Part shown: positions 1 through 10,805 of the stretch, in pieces
Layout: every line of letters starts with the position of its first letter
Numbering within the stretch: position 1 is the first letter of the stretch
NCBI RefSeq assembly: GCF_006345805.1
Contig: NC_043007.1
Coordinates: 47,988,001-48,052,000, forward strand
Reading direction: 5' to 3'
DNA: 64,000 bases
Source of the DNA: Octopus sinensis
Taxonomy: Eukaryota
Translations under genes and position numbers: made by a program
The notes under the pieces: model-generated
What the model was told of the DNA's origin: nothing
The model's input: the letters and a program-made list of their open reading frames with translations, nothing else
The model's database searches: none

Positions 1-330
1 TTACTTTTATTGTTAGGTATCGATTGATCATTATTTTCTTTATCCAGCAGTTCTTCAGTGATGCGAAGTTTTCTGCAGAATTCCTGGATATCATTTTGTA
101 TACCATTTAGGTTCGACCTTTATGGTGTTGGGGTGAACTTCAATCCCTTTGCGAGAATCTTAGTTTTCTGGTTTGAAAGGGTTTTCTGTGAGAGATTTAT
201 CATCTTCGGGATCTCACATTTGGTTGGTGCCATCGAGTGTCCCGGTTTTGGCCAAGTTTGTCTAAAAAAAGGGTTTCTTGGGTTTTGATATAGGGAATTA
301 GGGTTCCTGTTGATTGTCCTTCCACTGACC
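1..330 (-). mobile_element. Penelope-like element, N-terminal ORF remnant running off the left edge
   Basis: Minus strand reads INLSQKTLSNQKTKILAKGLKFTPTP, then after a frameshift DIQEFCRKLRITEE...NNKS, typical of the PLE pre-RT region. Confidence 0.65.
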
Positions 331-2321
331 TTTGTTCTACTGTGCGTTCTCTGTTGTAGTCGGCTTTGAGTGGGGTTGTCGTAATGGTTATATTTTGTTT
401 GGACGAGGTGGTTATTGTGGAAGAAATGTCTCGAGCGGGAGAAGTTCCTACTTCTTCCTGTTAGAAGTCTTTATGTGAGATGTGTATCGGACGCGGGGAG
501 TTCTTGTTTCTCTTATAGTTCTGTCCGAAAGAGTTATTCACGTAGACGTTACATCTAAGACGTGGAGGGTTCTTGGGGTGATATGGGTTTCTATATTTTT
601 GAATGGAGGTGTTTTGTCTTGTGGTGAAGGGTGCAATGGAATTTCCCATTTTGTGTCTTTGAAAAGTATTTGGAACCATGGAGAGATTATCGGCTATTCT
701 TGGTTCTAGATGGACATTTCAGTATTGTTCCGGTAGTGACTAGATAGAAAATACCTGGCCAGTCTACTCGAAAAGTGATAGACATCCAAGCGTTACGGAA
801 AACAAGAAAACACCATCACACATTTAAAACATTATCTTACATATCAACACACAATCCGAAGAACATGGAAGCATGCAACATCATCCATCAAAACATACCC
901 CCACCTTTTGAAGGACCTGCAAATGAAAAAGGCGTAAATTTACAAAACAGGCCCGAATTTAACATCAATGGCTGCGAGCGGGAGAATGAAATCCAAATCG
1001 AAGTAAAGCATGCGCGTTGGGCACCGTTGCGCAGGCGTAAGGCACTACAAGGTTACATGTGAACATGAAGGTTAGCAAGAACTACAGCCATATTGAAAAA
1101 CAAAATGCATCCACATGGTCTAAACGAAAAGAACGACGATATCGTGTGAACAATGCATTTTCTGACTTCTTCAACATTAATTCCAGTAACTGTTGGTTTT
1201 ATTGTTGTTGCTCTTGTAGTTGATATTGTTGATGCTGCTGCTGTTGTTGCAACTGCACCACGGAGGCCAATATTCCCTCCATGTTAGACGATTTTTTTTT
1301 GTTTCGTACCCCCACCCACCCACCAAAAAATTCCTAAACGTCTAACGCAAGTTTCGAACAACTTGTCACCACTTTTATATCCTGATGTTGGATAAATAAT
1401 TCAATGAAGCTGGGGAAAGTAATCACACGATGCACTACAATTACTGTTACACAAGGTTAAACGTTCTCTATCAATTGCTCACACTTCTTTATTTTATAGT
1501 AATGTGTCAGTCCACGTTTAGTCACTTGGTGGGAGGGGTCAAAATCCTTCCACAACACTATATATTCATGTGAGTTTGAACAATAGTTTCTATGTACATT
1601 CACATATCACCAATGGGGCACACTGTGCATTCAAGGTTATGTGGAATAATTGATCCCTTACTCAAAAAAGAGATGAAGATTCGAGTCATGAAGGGTCCCA
1701 GCTGTAAAAACAACTGCCTCATATACTATATTCATCCAACCCATGCAAGCATGGAAAAATGGACATAAAATTAATGAAGAAAAGAACTCAAAAACTGTAT
1801 GTATTTATTTTTGAAATTTTCCTTTTACTATCAAAAGCTGGTGCCAATCAAACAACTGACAAAATCATTTAAGTGTTGCACAAAATGCTTTGCAATATTT
1901 AGTTAAATTCTGTGATTATATCCAATAAAAGTTGACCTTGTTTTTCTCCCCTTCAAGGTCAATCAAATTATGTGTCACTCAAGTATTAGGATCTTTGAGT
2001 ATTAGGATCTATGTGCTTAACGCTCCCTTTCCATTTAAAATTACTGAACTTGATCCTGAAATTGCAGCAGTCACATTTATTTATTGTTATTGTATTTATA
2101 ATTGTGTATGTGTTATTTTATGTGTAATACAGTATGTTATCTATTGTACTAGTACACTACAAAAATAAGACGAACTCAAAGGAAGAGAATTCACAATATA
2201 ATTTCACTTATAATTTCATCGGTGAAAGCAGTAAAAATAAAATGGTGGATTTGGCAAAATTATTCTAGATTTCTAGCAAATGTCATCATTAAAATGCTAT
2301 CTTTACTGTCTATAATTTCAG

Positions 2322-2412
2322 TCTTGGGATGAAGACTTAGAATATGTAGCTCAGAAATGGGCCGACAATTGCTATTTTGAGCATGAACCAGCATTCCGGA
2401 GAATAATACCTG
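2322..2412 (+). CDS. CAP gene 1, first visible exon (SWDEDLEYVAQKWADNCYFEHEPAFRRIIP-G)
   Basis: tttcag acceptor at 2321 and gtaaga donor at 2413. 91 nt, phase 0 to 1. CAP-type W..L...AQ.WA..C.F.H motif. 24/31 aa identical to the exon at 62066-62156. Confidence 0.93.
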
Positions 2413-2636
2413 GTAAGAAACATATTATCTTTTGTATGTTAATGTTCTTTAAGGTATTGTGAAAATAACAAGAATGTAGAAATTTAGATTGTGAAAATGG
2501 CTTGAGGAAACACATTTGTTTCCACATGTATCGTTAATCTATCTATCTATCTATCAATCTATCTACACACACATATACACTTATACACAGATATATATAC
2601 ATACACACACACATGCATACATACACTCATATATAC

Positions 2637-2668
<32 letters not shown>

Positions 2669-2765
2669 CTACAAATATAAGATGAAGTTTTTTTTTTCTA
2701 CAGAAAAAAATTCCATCAAAAAATGTGGCAGCATATTAAAATACCTTTACGGTTAAAATTATAAA

Positions 2766-3175
2766 CAACTTATAAGTAAGGGCTAAAGAAAATTATTTCA
2801 TTGCCGAAGCAAAAATCATGGGTACATATAAGTACCCCAGATATATCTAAAAGTAAAATTCTTTGGTCAGCCTCAGCACAACGTGGTGACTGTTCTCCAC
2901 CACGGCTTTTTCCATGGGCGCATGTAAGTATCTTATTTATATCCTTTCGTATGTTCTACTGAAGAGGAAAGAATATTTTATGAGATTAATTCCGAAATTG
3001 ATTCAATATAGAAATAACGAACTTTTTAAAAAATTCTATCGGCCGGCTTGCCCGATTTCAGTTCTTCGTGTTTTTTTTCTCTAGCGAGTAAATAATATGT
3101 GGAAATTGACGATTTAATAGTCTGTTATTAGCATATTGGCATTGAAATAATTTTCTTTAGCCTTTACTTATAAGT

Positions 3176-3177
<2 letters not shown>
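2766..3177. mobile_element. MITE with about 40-bp TIRs (Tc1/mariner-type)
   Basis: CAACTTATAAGTAAGGGCTAAAGAAAATTATTTCATTGCC is mirrored at the right end with few mismatches. TA on the right flank, AA on the left. Confidence 0.75.
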
Positions 3178-3228
<51 letters not shown>

Positions 3229-3505
3229 TATATATATGTGTGTATGTATGTATGTATGTATGTATGTATGTATGTATGTATGTATGTTGTATGTATGTAT
3301 GTGTGTGCGTGTATGAAAAGAAAAACATTATTAAATAGTGCAATATGGCAGTATTGCTTCCCAGTAAAGCAAAGCACCATCAGGTTAAAGTATAAATCAA
3401 AGATAGTGGTACAACAATGCACCAATATTTACTGGAAATCGCAGTCGATAATATACGACGCTATAGTAAAGAGTCACTGCACACACACACACACATATAT
3501 ATATA

Positions 3506-3895
3506 TAGTGGCAAAAACGTTTGCGTGTGGCGAACATAAAAAATTTCATCTTACCTGTAAGAACAATATTAAATAAATGTACAACCCAGATGTGGATAAT
3601 CTAGGACCTAGGTTTCAAACTTTCCAAATTACTTTTGATAATGTAAATTTGATTATTTCTCTTCGGCTAGGCGTTCAGACGAGTAATATCGGCATTGAGG
3701 TAGCAACATTTGAAATTTTGTCTATGTGAATCTAGCCGAATTGAACTAATCAAATTTACGTTACGAAACGTAATTTGGAAAGTTCGAAACCTAGGTCCTA
3801 GATTGTCCAAATCTGAGTTGTACATTTATTTACTGTTGTTCTTACAGATAAGATGAAATTTTTTATGTTCGTCGCCCGCAAACATTTTTGCCAGT
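3506..3895. mobile_element. Fold-back MITE with about 130-bp imperfect TIRs
   Basis: tagtggcaaaaacg...ctaggacctaggtttcaaactttccaaattac is mirrored as gtaatttggaaagttcgaaacctaggtcctag...catttttgccagta. Inserted in TA repeats. Confidence 0.75.
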
Positions 3896-4114
3896 ATATA
3901 CACAAACTTAAGAGGAATGACCAATAAATTGGACACCTATTATGCTAAACATAGACGTGAAGTAGCCATTACCACGAAGAGTGCGTTTTCCAAAAGAATC
4001 TCAGCAAACCCCCAAAATGTTAAAATGAGCAAGAGAAATGAAAATATACGAAATAAAAAACGATTACCTATGTACGATGATTTCACCCCTTAATATTCAC
4101 TTATGTAAATACGT

Positions 4115-4426
4115 AAATATCTGCAAGCTCATCATATCTTGCGTCGTATATTATCGACTGCTATTTCCAGTAAATATCAATGCATTGTTGTACCACTATC
4201 GTATATTTGTATGTATGTATGTGTGTGTGTGTGTGCAGTGTAAAGTACGCTATATATCCAAAAATCCGAGCCCGAATTTTTGGATATATAGCGTACTTTA
4301 CACTGCACACACACACACACATACATACATACAAATATACGATAGTGGTACAACAATGCATTGATATTTACTGGAAATAGCAGTCGATAATATACGACGC
4401 AAGATATGATGAGCTTGCAGATATTT
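4115..4426. repeat. 312-bp near-perfect palindrome (151-bp arms, 10-nt spacer)
   Basis: The same 66-aa ORF appears on both strands (4161-4361 minus, 4180-4380 plus). Arms match by eye, including the internal (GT)n/(AC)n. Confidence 0.95.
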
Positions 4427-4688
4427 CTACTCAGCTCTTATATTTAGTGTGGTAAGACAGGAGGGATCAAGTCACAGAATACGCTAGATTGTGGGATATG
4501 AGCTACATGATAGTATTAACAAAATATACAAAACATATTTTGTATTCTATGCTTTATGGAACATACTCATATTTCCCTAAATTAAGCGACAGGTTTACAT
4601 AACTGTTTATTGAAAATTATATAATCTTATTAAATCACCTACTCAGTGTTTACTGGTAAATACAAAGAATAGTGTTTCACGTTCAATA

Positions 4689-5578
4689 CGAGGTCTGATC
4701 AATAATTATCTGGACTGTTGCTATTGTAACGAGGCTAAAACATGCAGAGTGAAGTTGCTTTGCAAAGATTGACCCTGAACTTTAATGTTCATGCACTCTA
4801 AGTTTTAACGTTCTCGCTCACTTCCGGTGTTTACAACAGTGCTTGGAAGGAAGGTATGTAGCGTGTGTTCGTCGCATTAACCATGACAGAGAAATTTGTC
4901 ACGGCAACACCTGCTCAGAGGCCTACGAAAAGTTGCAGAAAGTGTATGGAGACGGGTGTATGAGCTGCAAACATGTATACGAGTGGTTTAGACGTTTCCA
5001 CAATGGCTGAATAAATGTTGATATTGACGAACGTTCTGGGAGATTAGCAGCCAGCAGAACTCAGAAAAACATCGCAGATGTGCGTGCAGCTATGAGGGGA
5101 AATCGTTGAATCAGCATCTGTGAGTTATCAGAGAATGCGCAAATTAGTTACGATTCAGTCCATTATCACTAAAGATTTGGGTATGAGACGAGTGTCTGCC
5201 AAGTTTGTGCCAAAACTGTTTTCAGCTGACCAAGAAGACACTCGGGTTTCAGTTGCACAAGATCTCTTTGATTGTGTCGAGAACGATGAAAACGTTTTGA
5301 AAACTTTGCGTAGGTCTCTGAGCAGGTATTGCCAAGCTTTTGGCAAAATTTGATGCAGATTCTCTGCTTAACTTTCTCTGTCATGGTCAACGCGACGATC
5401 ACACGCTACAGACGTTTCTTCCGAGCACCGCTGTAAACAGCGAAAGTGATCTAGAATGCTAAAACTTAGTGCGCATGCACATCAGAGTTCAAGTTCAATC
5501 TGTGAGAAGCAGCTTTACACTGCATACTTTAGCTTTGTTACTATGGCAACAGACCGGATACTTATTGATCATACTATG
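4689..5578. mobile_element. Degenerate mariner derivative made of two convergent 5' halves
   Basis: TA-flanked TIRs CGAGGTCTGATCAATAATTATC / GATACTTATTGATCATACTATG. Transposase N-terminus on plus (MTEK...GNTCSEAYEKLQKVYG...EWFRRF) and on minus (MTEKVKQRICIKFCQKLGNTCSETY). Confidence 0.8.
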
Positions 5579-6374
5579 TATATAACCCCATTTTGCAAAT
5601 TATCAGTAGCATCTGTGGAACAGTGTAACTGGGGGCACAGAGTAGAAGCAGAAAACAAACAGAAGATGGAGATCAAGGCTATGGCCTTTCGTACCCATAA
5701 CATAAGAATTCCATGGCTATTACTCCCATATTAACTGTATGACAGGTAGTGCACTAGTATAGTTCAGGATATTTCTGTCCAGTAATTTTGGAACATTTTA
5801 TTCTGTAAGTGTGTGCGGTATTAAGGTGTTTTCTATTACATGATACAGTCTTGAAACCCTCCTTTGTACACAGGGATGCTTACCTCCCCAGTATAGTATT
5901 GCACGTCCTAGCATTGAACAATACACTTTATAAGTAATCTCAGAATCCTCCAAATTATGGATATCATCAGCTTGTAAAGTGGAATGGTTAAGGCCAAAGG
6001 TGGGAAACGAGTACCTATGCATAGAAATACGCTGATTCACAGGGTTAATACAAGGTTAATTGTGGTGCCTACGCAAAATTTATTATTATGGTGTCTCCAC
6101 ATACAAGAGAACATTTCACTGTAGTAACTGCTGAAAACATTTGTGACTAATTGTATGATATGGGGGTATTAGCCATGGAATTCCTATACGACATAGACAC
6201 CTAGAACAATTAGTGAAAGCTTGATATATATTCTATCAAACCATTCTCACTCACAAATAACCACTCGTTTTACTTTTTTGAAAGGGAAGTCCAATGACTG
6301 GACGGAAGCAGTTAAATTCTCCTAAATAATACCTGTATGGAAAATTAAATATTAAAATGATTTTTGTATTTTAG

Positions 6375-6511
6375 GAAAATTTGACGTTGGACAGAATTTG
6401 GGCCTCAGACATAGCGATTGGACACACGTAATAGGATCATGGAATGCTGAAAATAGGAGCTTCACTTATAATGGAACAAATGACTTTCGAAAGACAGGAC
6501 ATTATACTCAG
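6375..6511 (+). CDS. CAP gene 1 exon (G-KFDVGQNLGLRHSDWTHVIGSWNAENRSFTYNGTNDFRKTGHYTQ)
   Basis: ttttag acceptor and gtatct donor. 137 nt, phase 1 to 0. GQNL, W..E and the GHYTQ CAP signature. Confidence 0.95.
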
Positions 6512-6535
6512 GTATCTATAATATATATAAAATAA

Positions 6536-6902
6536 TCTCTCTATATATAAACGGCAAAACGTCTGTGTGTGTGTCCTATATACAAATCCACAATTTTTCA
6601 ATTAGAGGGCTTGTACTTTCTATGGTCATTCAAAAAACTGTTCAAGGGTGGTCGTGCACATCTTTACATTTCCCCAGTCACCTCGCAAAGCCATTAAAAA
6701 AATCAATAGAACTAAATTTTTTATGAATTTTCTATCCAAAACCCAATCAAAATGCCCGGAACGTGATACGCCAATTGAATGCTAGCTAGCTGTATGTAAT
6801 TGGTCGGAGATTTGGACAGTACCCGCGTGTATGTGCGCACGCACGCAGCTGTATATGCATGCACTGGCACTATGACACGGCGTTGCCGGGTCATAGTGCT
6901 AG
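6536..6902 (+). mobile_element. Non-autonomous Helitron
   Basis: A|TCTCTCTATATATAAACGGC start. 3' hairpin gcactatgac-acgg-cgttg-ccgg-gtcatagtgc (6867-6899) followed by CTAG|T. Confidence 0.8.
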
Positions 6903-6948
6903 TATATATATAATCTATTTAATGTCATATTATAATGTTGGTTATTCA

Positions 6949-6982
<34 letters not shown>

Positions 6983-6986
<4 letters not shown>

Positions 6987-7130
6987 GTTAGTGCATAATT
7001 ATTGCGGCTCTATTTCAATAAATTTTATTCAATGAAAATAATAACAACATGTAATAAAAACATCTTTAAATGATTATTGCGGAGCATATTTACCATCTAC
7101 TTCAATTACTGTTTCCCATGGAAATTGAAG
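6983..7130. mobile_element. Mariner terminal fragment with Hsmar1/MADE1-like TIR
   Basis: ta-ttgggttagtgcataattattgcgg resembles TTAGGTTGGTGCAAAAGTAATTGCGG. The other end was not found. Confidence 0.5.
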
Positions 7131-7184
7131 TGTGGCGCTCAGTCACATGATAATATAAAAGAACGATAAACGTCGCCCTTTTCA

Positions 7185-7470
7185 ATCCTAGCCAAGTTCA
7201 TGGGCCCGGTTTCCCGGTTGCTGTGGAGTATGTGTTCCCCCTAGCTGGACGGGACGCCAGGCAACCGCAGCGTTACTCAAGAAACAGGAAGAGAGAATGA
7301 GAGAAAGTTGTGGCGAAAGCGTACAACAAGGGTCGCCACCCCCCAACCGGAGCCTCGTGGAGCTTTTAGGTGATTTCGCTCAATAAACACACATAACGCC
7401 CAGTCTGGGAATCAAACCGCTTTCCTCCGACCGCGAGACCGCTGTCCTAACCACTGGGCCATTTCGCCTC
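7185..7470 (-). mobile_element. tRNA-derived SINE, family D (gtggaggcgcaatggcccagtggttagg...), partial
   Basis: Reverse complement matches the copies at 19962 and 31540. A- and B-box-like head. Confidence 0.8.
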
Positions 7471-7486
7471 CACAAATAATAATATA

Positions 7487-7590
<104 letters not shown>

Positions 7591-7639
7591 TATAGATATA
7601 TACACACACACATACACACACACACACACATTCTGCATA

Positions 7640-8210
7640 TATGGGTACAGGATGTCGCTAACAGTAAACAGCGTGTAATAAAAAAACAAATGAGTTCAAT
7701 ACGCAAACAACGAGACAAAAAATGGAAAACAGGACAATTATAGCACAAAGAATGACCCTTCATCAGTCTTCGGCTGTCTACTCCTCATTTCGAGCATTGA
7801 AGGACTATATGAGTCTTATAAGATAGATGCTCCCATAAGTACCAAAATAAAATTTGGAATTCATGGAGGGTCAAAGTTGGGAACAAAACAGGACAGTGGA
7901 GACATACAAGGAAACCGAATGAAAACAAACATGGAGGGTCGTTAGACCAGAACGAAATAGCGAACACTAGAGAAATATTTTCTTTGACAAAAGAAAAGAT
8001 AGAATACGTCCAGTCCTTAGGACTGTCCTGAAAATTAAGAAAGATGATCATGTGAGGAAAAGAAAGATGGACAATGTTCACGTGTGAGCAACAAGAAAGA
8101 GGAAAGGAGAGAGAGTGACAGATAGATAGTGGTGAAGGGGAGAAAAGGGAAAAGAGAAAAGAATGGGAGTGGATACGAAAGGGGGAGAAATCAATATAGA
8201 GTAGAGTCGC
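7640..8210 (-). mobile_element. Penelope-like pLTR remnant
   Basis: Contains agactgatgaaggg on minus, as in the 59120-59960 cluster. Purine-rich tail. Confidence 0.4.
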
Positions 8211-8214
8211 ATCA

Positions 8215-9180
8215 AAAATATTAAGATAAACTTACTTGGAACACTCGCCAGCTACGCCGATAATACAAAAGTATTGCAGGTGGTCAAGGATCCTACTGAC
8301 ATCCTAATACTGCAGAATGACCTGAACGCAATATATAAATGAGTAGATGAAAATAATATGCAGTTCAATGGCGCAAAATTCGAAGCACTCGGCTATCAGC
8401 CCACAAATAAACTGCAGCTGAAGTACACGGGACCAGAAGGCAATGTAATTACAGAGTTATAGTTGGTGCATGAATTGGGAATCCACGTGAGCAACGACGC
8501 AAGCTTCCATGTGCATATTGCTCAGATGGCAACACTATGCAGGTGGATGACAAGTTGGATCTCTAGATCCTTCAGGAACAGGAAGAGCAACAGAGACACA
8601 ATGCTTCTGCTTTGGAGAACCTTTGTCCTCAGTCGTATGGACTACTGCTCCCAACTGTGGTCCCCACAGAGTGTAAAAGTAATTGCAGAACTAGAAGTGA
8701 TCCAACGCCACTTCACAAAGAAGATAGACTCCTTAAAACACATGGACTAATGAGAGAGATTGAGGGAACTGGGACTCTACTCCCTGGAGGGGAAACATGA
8801 GAGACATGCAGCGCTATTTATGTGGAAAATAATGGAGAGTTTCACTACAACAATCCCTGAATTGCACGGCACTGCACAGTACCAAAGGTCCCATCTTTTC
8901 CATCGAAGATACAAACTCAATATTGTAATAGCTTGGGACCCAAGGGACCACAAATTTTTAATGCCCTACCACAGGACATCGGATATCTGTCAGGTGTAGA
9001 CATGGAAGTCTTAAAAAAAACGTCTAGATAGTTTTTTATCTGCAATTCCAGATGAACCCACATTGTGACAGAAGGCACAAAGAAGAGTGGCAATGTCCAA
9101 CTCACTACTTCACCAGAAGCAATACTGGAAAAATCCCCAGATTGACCAAAGGCGATGCACCAGCATGGCCTCAGCCTCTG
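8215..9180 (+). mobile_element. Degenerate CR1-group LINE, RT C-terminal part
   Basis: YADNTK-like motif near 8255, then LGIHVSND...LWRTFVLSRMDYCSQLWSP...LEVIQRHFTKKI...LGLYSLE. Confidence 0.85.
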
Positions 9181-9208
9181 GCTGATACCCATAAAATATA
9201 GAAGATGT

Positions 9209-9235
<27 letters not shown>

Positions 9236-9239
<4 letters not shown>

Positions 9240-10040
9240 GGTTGTCACGTCATCTCGACGAACAACAATCGAGGGAACAAGCCGGCTTCTGGAAGAACTA
9301 CAGCACGATGGACCATATATTTACTCTAACCCAACTGCTTGAGCGAGCGAATGAGTTCAAGCTGCCTCTTTGCGTTGCGTTTGTAGACTATGAGAAGGCC
9401 TTCGACAGCGTCGAAACCAACGCAGTGCTGAACTTGCTGCAGAGGCAAGGAGTCGAGGCGCACTATGTGCAACTGCTCAGGAAGGCAAATTCCGAATGCA
9501 CCACCGACATAGCTCTGCTGTCATCATCCGTACGAGTGCTGGTCGAGAAGGGAGTGAAGCAAGGAGATACGATCTCTCCAAAACTTTTCACCGCATGTCT
9601 CGAACATATCATCAGAGGCATTCTACCTGCAATGTCATATGGTAGTGAAACATGGGCTACAACAAACAGAGAAGAGCAGAGACTGGTAACGGCTCAAAGA
9701 GCCATGGAAAGGTCAATGCTTGGAATCTCGTTGAGAGAGCACATCAGTAGCGAGGTCATCAGAGAGAAGTCCGGCGTGGGGGATGTCATCGCAGAATATG
9801 CACGCAGCAAGTTTAGATGGGCTGGACACGTCGCCCGGCTCACCGATAATCGGTCGACCCGTGCAGTTGTCGAGTGGTAACCGCGCGAGCGGAAACGACC
9901 ACTTGGAAGGCCTCCACGACAGTGGAGTTACGATTTCAGGAGGACGATTGGGATCAGGTGGATGAGAAAGGCGCGATCCAGAGAGAAGTGGACAGCGTGC
10001 TGTGACCAGCGGTGTCAAATAGACGCCCGACGGACTGGTC
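9236..10040 (+). mobile_element. RTE-clade LINE 3' fragment with an internal deletion spanning YADD
   Basis: EQAGF...STMDHIF...FVDYEKAFDSVE...GVKQGDTISPKLF joined directly to ILPAMSYGSETW...RWAGHVAR. Flanked by (TA)n. Confidence 0.9.
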
Positions 10041-10104
10041 GGTAAAGGTGATCAAGGTGATATATATATATATGTATGTACATATATATATGCGTGTATA
10101 TATG

Positions 10105-10168
<64 letters not shown>

Positions 10169-10294
10169 TAAATGTCTGTTTATATGTATGTATATATATA
10201 TGTTTATATGTATGTATATATATATATATGTTTATATGTATGTATGTATATATGTATGTATATATTTATGTATGTGTATATATATATATATATG

Positions 10295-10363
<69 letters not shown>

Positions 10364-10524
10364 TCATCATCATCATCATTTAGCGTCCGTTTTCCATGCT
10401 AGCATGGGTTGGACGGTTCAACTGGGGTCTGTGAAGCCGGAAGGCTTCATCAGGCCTAGTCAGATCTGGCAGTGTTTCTACGGCTGGATGCCTTTCCTAA
10501 CGCCAACCACTCCGTGAGTGTAGT

Positions 10525-10805
10525 GGGTGCTTTTTACGTGCCACCCGCACAGGTGCCAGACAGAGCTGGCAAACGGCCACGAACGGATGGTGCTTTTCAT
10601 GTGCCACCGGCACGGGGGCCAGGCGAGGCTGGCAACGGACACGAACAGATGGTGCTTTTTACGTGCCACCGGCACGGGGGCCAGGCGAGGCTGGCAACGA
10701 ACACGAACGGATGGTGCTTTTTACGTGCCACCGGCACGAGGCCAGTCGGGGCGGCGCTGGCAACGGTCACGAACGGATGGTTCTCTTACATGCCACCGGC
10801 ACTGG
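10525..10805. repeat. About 62-bp minisatellite, about 4.5 copies, in the RTE 3' UTR
   Basis: Unit ggtgctttttacgtgccaccggcacgggggccaggcgaggctggcaacggccacgaacggat. Degenerate inverse copies at about 27650-27810. Confidence 0.9.

Noticed and set aside
775-1062. 95-aa ORF MIDIQALRK...
   Set aside because: No CAP motif or usable splice sites to serve as the missing upstream exon of gene 1. Possibly Penelope-related, but not supportable.
5580-6050. Possible LINE remnant (ORFs 5456-5734 and 5798-6040)
   Set aside because: No diagnostic RT or endonuclease motif could be read with confidence.
7745-7800. Possible type II hammerhead (GAAA upstream of CTGATGA on minus)
   Set aside because: Stem I cannot form and stem II needs bulges. 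More likely a rearranged pLTR remnant.
10525-10805. Regularly spaced repeats superficially like a CRISPR array
   Set aside because: Whole units are repeated with no unique spacers, the context is a eukaryotic LINE 3' UTR, and there are no cas genes.
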